Source: Tubulanus polymorphus
Taxonomy: Eukaryota > Animalia > Nemertea
Direction of reading: 5' to 3'
Length of the DNA stretch: 64,000 bases
Assembly: GCF_964204645.1 (NCBI RefSeq)
Contig: NC_134028.1
Span: 23,060,345 to 23,124,344, forward strand
Shown: positions 1 through 11,517 of the stretch, one piece after another
Numbering within the stretch: the stretch's first letter is position 1
Layout: each line of letters starts with the position of its first letter
The notes under the pieces: generated by a model
Told to the model about the DNA's origin: nothing
The model's input: the letters and a program-made list of their open reading frames with translations, nothing else
Database searches by the model: none
Position numbers and translations under genes: made by a program

Positions 1-316
1 AAGTGTGTATAATAATTGTATTAATCATATGTATTTTAAGATATGTGTCTGTTTCATATTGTAGTAAAAATTATCATCTAATAAAAATAAATGTCTCGAA
101 TTATCCTTCAATAAGCTGTTGATGATCAAGAGCTTCGCCTCCTCTGGCCTCACTCCGCGGGGAAATCGTCTATTTGTTTCTACTATCATCTCTTGATCCG
201 CTAGGAAAAACAAATCAAACGCTATTGAGAGATTTTTCACGCGGCGCATTCAAAACCTCAACGAAGAAAAAATATACCAAACAGAATTGCGCAAGTTTTA
301 TAATAAATACCGACTA

Positions 317-487
317 CAGTGGAACCTCGTTATAACGAACTCGGATACAACGATTCATCAGATATATAACAAATATAGAATTTTGTCCCGAGTTACAAGA
401 TGTAATCAATTTTCTACCACGAACTATCGGTTATAACGAACATATTTTCTGGTCCGTGGAAGTTCTCTGTATAACGAGGTTCCCCTA
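317..487. mobile_element. Tc1/mariner-pogo-type MITE
   Basis: TA then CAGTGGAACCTCGTTATA at 317; imperfect inverted copy TATAACGAGGTTCCCCTA ending 487; no ORF; related element at 23287-23403. Confidence 0.7.
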
Positions 488-3314
488 TTTGCAGTTTTAA
501 AAGTTTTAAAAACCGAGAATTTATTCAATCAAAAATTAAAATGACACGACATTTCGAACTCTTACTACAGATCATCATAAAGCGGGTTTTAACTATTTCA
601 CAAATTTAATTTAGCTGTTGCATTTGGAATGAGCAAACAAAACAAAACCTTCAACTTTCAGAAGTGAAACCTGTCGGTCATACAAGGCTACATCTTTTCT
701 TATACAAACCAATCGATAAACCATCCCCGAACGACGACTTCAGTTCTCAGAAAACTCGATAACAAAAACTAAATATGAGAAGGGATTCGGGATATAGAAA
801 TGGACACGAGGTTGCGTCGTGATTGCATCCAGTGAAATATCGATCATCGAAAGACAGTCAGTTCGCAATTATCGGCTCATTCAGATATATATTGATCCAA
901 TTGTCAGTAATTAATGCGAAATGAACCACGGGTCAAAATTTTACGCCGAGCTAATATCAACGCGACAGCGGCCGCGGCGGCGACAATCGATGAGCGGGAA
1001 TTCTCTCGATATCACGCCACATCTCCGCCATATAAATTACGAGAGCTCTGCTGCACTGCTGTCAGATTGTCACAGAACAATAGATACATCGTCCGTCCTC
1101 CCCTCCCCCTCGTCTGTCCGCCCGCTCCGATATCCGTCTAATGAACCCTCAACAGCGGTTTGTCCGCATACAATAACTCGCACCAGAATCGCGCTCAATT
1201 TCCTATTTCGACAGGAGTTTTGTAAAATGAATGTTTTTTAAATAAGCCTAAACTGAAATGATACGCTGTTTCTCCTAATCGGTCGTGCGTATCATTTTTG
1301 TGAAATGCAATAACATTCGCAATGAGTTCATTTCAAGCTTGATCGTGATTTTTTTTTGAAGTTATGTACAGGGCAGCATAGGCAGCCGGCCGGTCAACTT
1401 TTAAGTTCAGAAGAAATGAGTAACGACGTATCAATATTGTTGTTTAGCCTAAAAGAGAGCGATAACAGGCAATTCTTACTTGTAATTCACACTAAAACAT
1501 TACAACCAGAGTCCATTGTAACTAACCATCGTCAAAACCCATTGTATGCAACCATCGTCAGGACCAACAAAAATATGGCGTCACAACTTGAAACGTTATG
1601 AAGAAATGTATTTTCTGATTTTGATTGAGAGATATTTTCATGTTTAGTGATTGGTTTTGATGAAGTTGTTGTATACGGCTGAGATGAAATGTTTATATCA
1701 CGTGACGTTCTCATACATTCCACACGGTTCTCACTCAGTCAGTTGTTTCCCACACACAGCCAGCTACCTGTTCAATCAGTACAAATTCCATGTCAAATAT
1801 TCTTTTAATTCACATACGCACACTACAGTTCACTCTCCGGTTCATTAGACCTACAGCAAATCTGTTAAAAATACGCGCTAATTCTGTCAATTCATCATCA
1901 CACATGAAATCAAAACTACATCTAATATCTAGGGACGGATCTAGGATTTCTTTGAAGATGCAGAAAAAAGGGCAACCATACTTCTCAACTGGTGCTGTAC
2001 AAGCACGTGCAAAGCCTTTAGGGGGAAGCCCAGGAAATAGCCCCGGAAATAATCACCCAGGAAATTCCGAAAACCTACACTTACTTTAGTGACTTTTCAG
2101 GGTATCTGATCTGAGTATTTACATTATAGCAACTGTGAAACTATAAATGTACTAACACTATATTAAAAATTGAGGCAGAAAAAAGGCACTCAGAAAATGT
2201 TAGGGCAGGTGTCCCCCCCCCCTGGATCCACCCATGATACCAAGGCCCACAGCATGAGGAATATGTGGTGGGCTCATTTCTAGTTTGGTCGGAACCACTG
2301 ATCTACTCCCAGAATAGTTTTGAAAATTTGATGTATTGATACAGCATCTGATTGTTTCCTATCTATTAAACGAAGGTCTAGAAAAATAAACCCATTTTAT
2401 ATAAATGTACATGTAATTAGTTGTATGTGCAGGTAAGTGTAATACGTTTCAGCTTCATAATCATTTTGATTAGAAATGGTAGCAGGACAACGTGTCCTTG
2501 CATTTAACCTCAACTCCCCATTTAAAAAACTTTTCCTGTTAAGTTTTTGAATCAAGGCTATGATTCCTGTTTGCAGCAAACTACATGAATTTCCCTTTTT
2601 CGGCATCAGAGATATACGCGATAGAATATATTTTTTACTTCGGTGAAAAAACCTTTTTCTGTAAATGGTTTACATGTAGGCCAACAGTATTTTTCATTTT
2701 TGTTAATACCAGCAAGATGCTTGACACGAAATGTCAAGAAACTTAAACAGGATAAAGTTGAGTTCGGTACATTAAGTTAAGACTTCACAAGGGATACCAG
2801 CTAACTTGGGTATGGGATAATCTTAGAAATCAACAGAACTCAATTCTTTTGTTTGGAACCCCTCCACGCTAGTGTGGGCCTGATGTCACAATTCTTCCTA
2901 ACTTGCTGTTAACTCTACACTTGGAATAAACCCAACTCGAGTAAAAGAAAGTGAAACATCTCATATTCATTTTAGGCTCTCATCAGCATGTCCAAGCTGC
3001 ATATTTTATCCGTCAATGTATTTAAAATTCTGGATTGTAGAATGTATTTAAAATTCAGTAATGAGGGACTCATCATTGTGTCAAAATCGTTTGTGTCAAA
3101 ATGGATTTAGACCTGGATCTTGCCGAATTGAATCATATTCATTAAACGTATAAAGGGCTTCAATTAGATTAATAATCCATCATCAATCTAGGTACGCTTG
3201 ATTAACTAAACGATGCATACACAGACCACACTGTTCGTTGTTGTGTCACGTTCAAAATGACGCATCAGTGCAGAAAACAACGTCAAAACGCGCTGAATAT
3301 TCTATTCAACTTAC

Positions 3315-3500
3315 CTGAATTCATTCAATTAGTTGGCATTGTCTGCAACGATCCGCAACGTCCCCCGAGTTGAACAATAAAACGATCGGTTCCAGTTGTA
3401 ATAACCTCCTCATTCAACACAACAGCTGATAATAAACAATACAATTAAACCCTGCACCAGACCATGCGATCCTAGCGGCAATACCGACTCGCTCGCTTGC
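3315..3500 (-). other. Probable non-coding first exon of a minus-strand gene continuing left of the window
   Basis: Consensus donor CAG|GTAAGT on the minus strand at 3315/3314, CpG-containing segment upstream, no coding exon recognised in 1-3300. 5' boundary is a guess. Confidence 0.3.
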
Positions 3501-3833
3501 CACAGTAACCTCCCATAAATACCAACTCTACTTTTAAATAAGCGATTAAAAAATCAGCAAAGACCGATACTAATTATTGAATACGGGTTATATATTTTAT
3601 CTATAAAAACATTTTAATAAAAATTGCAGAATATCTGCATAATATAATATACTGTACACTACATAACTACAGAATCCTTTTAATTTATAACTGTTAACTC
3701 TATAGAGTGTATTTGTTTACTGTAACAGCACCAGATGACCCTAGCCTCATAACAGCAGTTGCTAAAAGGTTATTTCATGATAACTCGAAATTAAGCAACC
3801 TTTGAGCTAGATGTGCTCTACTATACACTACAA

Positions 3834-3956
3834 GAGCCAGTTGCCCAAAAGTTGGTTAGAGTTAACCAGCGGAATAGTTGATATAATAACAATTGAAAGT
3901 TCATTGTTACTATGGTATTTATCCGCCAGTTATATTTCAACCAATTTTTGAGCAAC
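3834..3956. mobile_element. Palindromic MITE, family C
   Basis: GCCAGTTGCCCAAAAGTTGGTT ... AACCAATTTTTGAGCAAC; related copies near 38204-38435, 39424-39539 and 53858-53955. Confidence 0.65.
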
Positions 3957-3957
3957 C

Positions 3958-4082
3958 ACAGGGACTTGTCACAATTGATAGTGAATGAATCTAACCAGAA
4001 TCTAACCCCAGTATCCCTGTATGGGTTGGTCATTGATACTACTGGTCTTATTTGTTCGCTATCAATTTTGACAAGTCCCAGC
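3958..4082. mobile_element. Palindromic MITE, family A
   Basis: ACAGGGACTTGTCACAATTGATAG ... CTATCAATTTTGACAAGTCCC; other copies at about 4457-4718 and 51541-51675. Confidence 0.75.
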
Positions 4083-4251
4083 GTGAGCAAGTTGCCCTAA
4101 GTGTATCGTCATCATCGCTGTTGAGTAGTAGATCATACGACAGAGGATGAGAACTAAATTCGAAGTGACTACTCGCCCAAAATCGGACGGACGATGGATC
4201 CGCCCCGGGTCGGTGTTAAGGATGAGAACTACAGTCAGTGATTGTTTAGAG

Positions 4252-6407
4252 TTATTCGCCTCCCGCTTTGATCGTGGCTACGTTCACCGACATGTCGGTA
4301 AATTGCGACGCCGTTCCGTCGACTGTTTGAACTTCGTAACCGAGTTTCTTCATGTCTTTCTCGACGACGCTGAACGACAACGTGACGTATCCTTGCGAAC
4401 GAACCCTCGTAACTGTCAAATATAGAATACTGAATCCATCAGGCGTCTTACACATCATAGGGACTTGTCGTAATTGATAGCGAATGAATAAAACCAATAT
4501 CAGTGACCAGCTTTAGTATCCCTGGGGCTGGTTTTACAGACTGTTATTACTTTAAACTGGGGGGTTAACTTAATAATTCAATACCAATATACTTAGCCCC
4601 AGAGTTAACAGTAATACCGGTCTATAAAACTTGGCCCTGTAGTTATTGTATCATATAGGGATACCAGAGCTGGTCATTGATATTGGTTTTATTCATTAAC
4701 TATCAATTGTGACCCTGTGTTACGGAAAGATTCCTCAGAAATAACGGGGTCGTCAAAAATCAGAAAAAAATATGTAATTCAAATTAATTTTTCCCCGAGA
4801 ATCAGGGAATTCGGACTCTTTTCTTGAAAATCGAGGAATTTTTGGGCGGCGTCTGGTTCTTGCTGGTGATCGAGTGGCAAGATGAACCTCTTGATAAGAA
4901 ACAAGTGAATTATTAAGAGTTGACAGTAAACCGTTTCATACCTTCTCTACCCTCTCCTTGAGCGATGACGCGAGGATCCACAAATTCTGGACGCCTTCCA
5001 AGCATCCAGCCTGTCAGTTTTTGCAGTTTCGAAGATGACTCCGGTACAAACATGGCGATTTTCCTTTTGTGTCTGCAATGATAAACACAATTTCAAGTTT
5101 TTTGATGACAGTATTTCACTGGGGACTGGGGAGGGGTTGTTTACTGACTCAACTACTCACCTGCCAGGGGTAACTGGAATATGGGTGGCTCCATATCCCC
5201 GTACTACGTCGTTTCCAAATATATCAATACCATACGAGTATACAACTATTTGTGGCCCTAAAAATAATTCCATAAAAATCAGATCATAACTAACCCACAA
5301 TTACTGAGGTATACGAAGAGATTTATCTCTGAAAAATAATGGCAATGCTGAAACCGTTTTTACCGATTTTGAATAAAACCAAACTTTATCAAACTTCACT
5401 AACCCAAATATCCGCAAAAAAGTGTAAATTTGGGAGTCCCTTTCGAGTGAAGCTGACATGTGGTAAACAATTAAGATATTACATTTACCAACTTGAAAAT
5501 GAAATTGTTACTCTTATCATTTGGTGTAGTTAATATGAAAAGAATGTTATCTTAATAATACCTGATTAAAATCAGATTCTTAACTAGGGTTGAGTATTGT
5601 CATAAACTCGATATTGAGAACTTACATCCAGATGGATTTGTGCTTTTAAAAGTGATATCTATCGGAAAATTGAATACATGCATTTGTCTGTCATCTCTGC
5701 TTTTCTTAGCTGTTTGGGTCATGCCCTCTTCAAGACCCTGAGAAAAAGACAAATACGATATTTCTACACTTAAAAGCTGACATTGATGTGCGTGGTTGAA
5801 TGTCAATGTCAATGCTTACCGAAGTGATAACCCAATCAGGTCCATAAACAAAACAATATCGACACCAAATATCATCAAATTCTGGGAACTGAAATAAAAC
5901 AACACAAATGAGTATAGCCTACATTCCATCCACACACAGCAGCATACCAATAGACAAAAAGAGCAGTTTACAATCACCCGAGAGGCTTTAATTTAAAGTG
6001 CAGTTCAGCAATAAAAAATGAGACCATCATTAAAATTCTTCCTGTGAGCGTACCGTCGCCGAGTGGAACCACAGCAGAGGATACCTCGGTGAAGAAGTAG
6101 GCCTACTTGCTGACCGAGGTGATATCTTCGTCAATCTATAGAGGTGGTACTAAAGCTAGTTAACTTATTAAGTAGGCTAGGATCGAGTAGTAGAGGCTAT
6201 TTGTAAAAGCGTCTATAGCAACCAATTTAGATTATACATCATGTGAATATAAGCCATTTATTTCGTCAAAGACTTCCCTAGAAACATGCACCGAAAAGTG
6301 TTTAAGCAACTGAAGGTATCAAAATTTGAATAGCCGCAATAGTTTACCTCAGCAGATTCAATTTGTCCACTGAGTTTCACCAGGAATACGGAATTCGCTC
6401 CAGCCAT
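4252..6407 (-). CDS. B9D1: B9 domain-containing protein 1 (ciliary transition zone, MKS module), 209 aa
   Basis: Exons 6407-6348, 5888-5820, 5737-5626, 5257-5161, 5072-4942, 4412-4252 join in frame with GT-AG introns (630 nt). Translation [39 protein letters not shown]...[21 protein letters not shown]...[15 protein letters not shown] closely follows B9D1. Confidence 0.95.
4457..4718. mobile_element. Family A MITE containing a nested family D MITE (about 4523-4638)
   Basis: Outer arms match family A; inner GGGCTGGTTTTACAGACTG ... GTCTATAAAACTTGGCCC matches elements at about 38282-38383 and 53024-53279. Confidence 0.65.
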
Positions 6408-6539
6408 CTTCAATCTTTCGCTATATTACGGATAGGGACTTGTTGAAACCCAAAACCGCATTTTCCTAATAGCCAGCTCCACATTCGTAAAAATAGCAGT
6501 ACAGGCAATTTAATCGGTTATTGGCTTATTAAAATCACG
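6408..6539. promoter_or_regulatory. Bidirectional promoter B9D1 / FKBP
   Basis: Only 132 bp separate the divergent ATGs at 6407 and 6540; inverted CCAAT (ATTGG) near 6520. Confidence 0.7.
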
Positions 6540-7163
6540 ATGGCTCAAAAAGTTGCGGATGGAATAACTAAAGAAATACTGCGAGCAGGAAGCGGAGATA
6601 AACCGAAAGTTGGACAGAAGATCACAGTTCATTGCACCGGTTCATTATCCGGTAATCCGCCGAAAAAATTCTGGAGGTTTGAGTGTAACCGTAACCGAAT
6701 ATGAGCGTACTATTTATCGAAATGGACTTCAACTTTATTTTCTGATATCATTTTCGTTTTTTGCAGCACCAGAGATCCGGGACAAAAAGAATTTACGTTT
6801 AAGGTTGGATTGAATGAGGTCATTGAAGGTAGGTGACGTCTGTTATTTTTAGGCGGAAGGTGATATCTTGCAATCTTTATTATTCCTGTTAACGCTATTT
6901 TGCCAACAACTCATTTTAATTGGTTAATTTACACCTGTGCACCGAGAAGTGCGTGTCTTAGAAGTAAGGCATGAATAATCTTAAAAATTAATTTTTTGTT
7001 TTTTAAAGGTTGGGATGTAGGATGTTTGACTATGCAGAAAGGTGAATTAGCTAAACTGACGATTCGTGGTGATAAAGCTTATGGTTCAAGAGGGTTTCGA
7101 GCTTGGGGAATTGGACCGAATGCCGAACTGATCTTCGAAATCGAAATGTTGCGCTTCGAATAG
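6540..7163 (+). CDS. FKBP12-type peptidyl-prolyl cis-trans isomerase, 117 aa
   Basis: Exons 6540-6676, 6767-6828, 7009-7163 (354 nt, in frame): MAQKVADGITKEILRAGSGDKPKVGQKITVHCTGSLSGNPPKKFWSTRDPGQKEFTFKVGLNEVIEGWDVGCLTMQKGELAKLTIRGDKAYGSRGFRAWGIGPNAELIFEIEMLRFE; single FKBP domain; AATAAA near 7295. Absent from the ORF track. Confidence 0.93.
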
Positions 7164-7869
7164 AATTCTAGAACATACTGATGGAATATTCTTTCAGACA
7201 TTCCTCCGTAACACCTCCATTCAACGAGAGTCTTTGAAAAAATCATGTCGCCAATTCACTCGATTCAATTTTCTGTATTTTTCGTACGCATTTGAATAAA
7301 ATTTAATTTCTGTATCAGAAACTCTCAGAAATTGTGTCGTAGATCACAGAATTCAGAATGGAAGAAACAGAACACGATCAATTCATCCAGGATGAAGAAG
7401 TATTTATTATTCAATATAATGAAGTATAGAAATATTTACTACGAATAAATAGCACATATTCTGTAAGACTCAAGACTGAATTACAATATTTTTAAGATTC
7501 TACTTTTAAAGTAAATATGTAGAGCATTATGCATCACTATTACAACATAATATAAAGATTAATTAAAATAGAAAATGGGAACCTAAATCTGATTTCAAAC
7601 GAACAATTTTACAACGAACCCTTTCATAATTATTACCCTTTACTTCCCGAAAATAGAATAGTTCCCTGGTTCACCAGATTTGATCGGCTTTATAATGATA
7701 TAATTCTATAAAAGTTTTGCACAAAACATAGCCTGTCTTCCCGTCAGTATTGATGCCTTACCACATAACAAATGATAATATGACCTTTTAGAAATTGCGC
7801 GGACTTGTCTAAGAAATCTTACAATGCGTTGGACCATCAATATAGCGTTGTCACATGACTGCACGACCT

Positions 7870-10800
7870 CTAAATTTGTAAAGGCCTTGCTCCAGCTGAA
7901 GGTTTCGATATATAGAATGAAGCTGTTCCCGTATAACGTTTCTGAAATGAGATATCATTTGATAGAAATTAAAATAGATATGAAGAACGCATTTTATTCG
8001 GTGTCCACGTTTAATTTACCTTGACATGTTGAATAAGATTATCGACATCTGATTTATTAACTAACGTTACAGTACAACCGCCGAAACCACCACCAGTCAT
8101 ACGCGATCCATAAACGCCTTCCACTTCTAAAGCCGCTTCAACTAATACGTCCAACTCGGGACAAGAAACCTCGTAATCATCCCTACAATTAAACAAACAA
8201 AATGTACAAACTTGGATCAAATATAAACACAAAGTACAGTCAACCCCGATTTACCGCCCACGCCGGTACAGAACGATTTTGGTGGTATAGATAGTATGGC
8301 GGTATATTGGGGGTGTTTTACTGTGTATTCGTATAGAGATGTACATTGAGAAAACCTGGCGGTAGGCAGTATATGGGGCGTTGACTGTATGGTGCTATTT
8401 TTCCATGTCGGGATTCTATCGGTACTACGTTCACCTCAAAATCTTAATTTTTATTCGCCCAGCGCTCATAAACCACCCTTGCTGAACCTACAGGCGGTAT
8501 ATCAGGGGATGACTGTAAATCTCGAAATCAATACAGTCTTATAATAGTGTACACGACAGGTGCATTCAGCCCCGAACGTTAGTTTCCCTGATTCTCCTAT
8601 TACCTGAGTGAATTGTGGCTCTCAACCATCAGTTTACCGAATTTCGTATAATCCGAGTTTTCTAAAGCTGGTAATGATTCTTCAGTGCGGTGTATCTCTC
8701 CTATAACGTGACGAGCGCGCCTGTAAACAACCGCATCGAACTCCGGTTTCTTAGCTGAAAAAAACCACCAAATCTTAGATAATCGACGAGACACAACCTC
8801 GATGAAACACTCTGCGTCCACGTCGTAACAATACATTAGTATCAGAAAGGTTTCAACTATATCCTAATAATGGTCATCTTCAGGAAAACTTATGTTACAA
8901 CAAAATAGATGTATCTCGAAAGCTAATTGTGTCAGGGTGGCTACTGAAAAATCTACTCAAAAAACCAGGATGCCACAGGGAATTGAGATAATGCTATTGA
9001 CCACACGTTTCTTAATCGTGATTCAATGTAAAGTGAATAAATTGTAACATTTTAAACCTAGAAATTTTGTGTGCGTTGTTACAGTAGTATTCCTGAAGAT
9101 GAAACTTAGGATATACCGAAACATCAAGAATAAATCATAAACTAAATGAAGGAAACCTTTTTTTTTAATGAATGTGGGTTTTTCCGGAATCTTTAAAACA
9201 TGATTTTAAAACATTACCTTCTAAATCAGCGATAGTCGCGTTTCTAAGACTGGTTTTGCCGAGAAGTTCAGCGGCCTGTTCGCACTGTTTACGACGAGTA
9301 GGATATTCACTACCTGTTAATTCATGGCGAACATTAGAGTTGATGACGATGACAGCAACCTGTTGATCGGTAAGCGGTACCGGTATAGCTTCTAGAGATC
9401 TGTAAAACACCGAGTAATATCAATTAGTCACAATCGGACCCAGGCAATTTACAAATCCCCTGATTTTTCTGTGTGTTAACTTGGTGAATCAGAAAAATTT
9501 CCTGGTTTAAAATGTTACAATTGATTAGATTTTCAATGAATTATATAATTGAAAGAAACATGCGGTCAATTTCATATCCTAATTCCCTGATTTTCTCAAA
9601 ATTCATCAAATTCCCCGAGTTTTCCTGATTTTTCTCTAGATTTTTCTGATTCCCTGAGTTTTCCAGGTCAGTGGCCACCCTGCTAGGGGATCTTACAAGC
9701 TTTCAGTAAATACCGTCCAAATTTGGAATCCCCTGTAAAACATGAATCTAACCTGCAATCTATCAAAAGAGCATGACCTTCTTTGGCCATAGTTGAAATG
9801 AATTGATCCATTATACCACAAGGCATACCAGCAAAATCATGTTCAGCTTTCTGGCAAGCCAATGCTTTCTCTTTCAAATCGTCAGTTCGGTCGCCGGTTA
9901 ACTCTTCCAAAAATGTGTAAGTCGCAACTTCTAAAGATGCTGAACTAGACACACCGCCCCCTAGTGGCACTGATGAATGAATAACCGCATCAAATGATGG
10001 CGGAATCTTTCCTGAAATTAACATTGAAAATGTTGAAGTCCCTGTGCTGATAACCTGCAATTAATATTCCCAAATCAGGAGCAATTGCAGTTTAGGTGCC
10101 TCTTAAAGTTTATGCCATGTACCTAAACTCACCATAACCCTAATCTTCAATTACACTAGCACCATATAGCAGAAAGAGGTAACCTAAATTGCAGTTAGAC
10201 AAACAATCATTTACCTTTGAAATTAGCGATAACACCTTTCACGTAGTTGGACCAAGTAGGTTTTCCAGGTTTTAAAGGTTGTTCCGCAGATGCTAACGGA
10301 AATTCTACATAATTTGGTTGATCAGCATTTTCTGCTAATGTCTGTATTCTACACGCGTTACTGTCATTTTTGGCGCCAACAATAACTGTCACCTCTGGCA
10401 ACGCCTAAAAAGAGGTATTATATGACATGTAATGATTAACGAATTCAAAAAACAACAGGAAAACATTGCTACCTTTTGAATTCAACTTGAATAGATAACT
10501 GGTTCAAAGGTCTCTGACCAATATAACAATATGATGATGATAAATGAAGAAATCCCACACTTCGAATTTAAAATTATACGATCAAATTTATTATTATGAA
10601 ACCACAACGTTTCAGCTGTTGACTAACAGCCATCATCAGGTGGAATGATGATGATGATACTAACTCAGTTATATTTAGGCAGTAATTATTTTACCGGATA
10701 TGGTCACCGACTTCTCAACGCTATTTTGTCGGATATCGTCTCTTATTGGCTGATTTACTCCGCGCATGCGCAGAGAGGTGCGCGCGACTTAGAAAATTCA

Positions 10801-11410
10801 AAGGAAGTGTGGAGAACAGAGTTTGAGAAAATAGAGCGAGACTGGAACCCAGGCAAGTAAATTACTAGCGCATCATCATACCACTAGACCACCGAGCTCG
10901 CTGACAGTCGGCTGAATGTTTTAACTACATAAAGCCTTACCTTACCACAACCCTAGTTGTGAAACAGAACAGAATCACTTCCTTATTATATGGAAGTGAT
11001 TATTTAGCCGGGTTCTGATATTTGATAGTTATCACAGGGACCTGACACAAAAGTTTTTCGACTCCATTATCCTAGGTACTAAAAACTTTATATATATATA
11101 TATATATTACCTAGGATACTGGGGCCAAACAACTCTTGTGTCAGGGTCGACCTGTGATAGTTATAGTTAAATCAGTCGACACTGACAGTGAATTTCGACG
11201 TGTTACTCTCTGTAATTAGCACGACCGATGTTATCACTCGTTGATTTCGATGCTTACCATCGGTAAAACAAAGCCTTCATTATAATCAGTGTGTTCGCCT
11301 ATCAGGTTTACTCGACCGGGCGCGCATCCTGCTACTGTAGGCGCGTATTTAAACAATTCTTTGAACTTTACCACAGCGGCCTCGACTAATACACCGACTG
11401 GATCAGCCAT
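7870..11410 (-). CDS. GALK1: Galactokinase, 389 aa
   Basis: Exons 11410-11258, 10404-10215, 10011-9753, 9399-9218, 8754-8604, 8182-8020, 7941-7870 (1170 nt). Motifs [46 protein letters not shown]. Confidence 0.96.
8237..8515. mobile_element. TA-flanked Tc1/mariner-type MITE in GALK1 intron
   Basis: TA|CAGTCAACCCCGATTTACCGCC ... GGCGGTATATCAGGGGATGACTG|TA; a second internal right end (GTTGACTG|TA) near 8387. Confidence 0.7.
8850..9136. ncRNA. Divergent pair of degenerate hammerhead-like motifs
   Basis: Minus strand CUGAAGA (8883-8877) ... GAAAC (8854-8850); plus strand UAUUC-CUGAAGA (9093-9099) ... GAAAC ... GAAUA. Stems imperfect. Confidence 0.45.
9430..9682. repeat. Dispersed repeat ending TTTCCAGGTCAGTGGCCACCCTG
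   Basis: Same terminus and internal TTCCCTGA motifs recur near 8934-9070, 16420-16565, 27070-27199 and 30310-30365; CAGGG terminus suggests a hAT-like non-autonomous element. Confidence 0.6.
10602..10643 (-). ncRNA. Minimal type I hammerhead ribozyme motif
   Basis: Minus strand CCAC-CUGAUGA-U-GGCUGUU-AGUC-AACAGCU-GAAA-CG-UU-GUGG: 4-bp stem I, intact core, 7-bp stem II, palindromic ACGU stem III. Confidence 0.7.
10835..10898 (-). mobile_element. tRNA-derived (SINE-like) head with A and B boxes
   Basis: A box TGGTCTAGTGG (10891-10881) and B-box-like GGTTCCAGTCT (10849-10839) at tRNA-like spacing; anticodon and acceptor stems do not pair properly. Confidence 0.55.
11035..11156. mobile_element. 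Palindromic MITE with central (TA)n
   Basis: ACAGGGACCTGACACAAAAGTT ... AACTCTTGTGTCAGGGTCGACCTGT; similar element at about 34063-34180. Confidence 0.55.
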
Positions 11411-11517
11411 CTCTGCGTACCGGTTAGTGGCGCCCTCTCCTCGCTTACCAGCGGTGGACTCGACTTTTCGTCGTTTTCAAAGATGTAAACAAACTGATCT
11501 AATCGACTGTTTAAGCT
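11411..11517. promoter_or_regulatory. Bidirectional promoter GALK1 / ANKRD54
   Basis: 107 bp between divergent ATGs (11410 and 11518); contains GTGGCGCCCTCT. Confidence 0.65.

Noticed and set aside
25-249. 74-aa minus-strand ORF
   Set aside because: No recognisable motif or supporting splice structure; could be a uORF or chance.
10835-10898. Functional tRNA gene
   Set aside because: A and B boxes are present but acceptor and anticodon stems do not form a cloverleaf; treated as tRNA-derived repeat.
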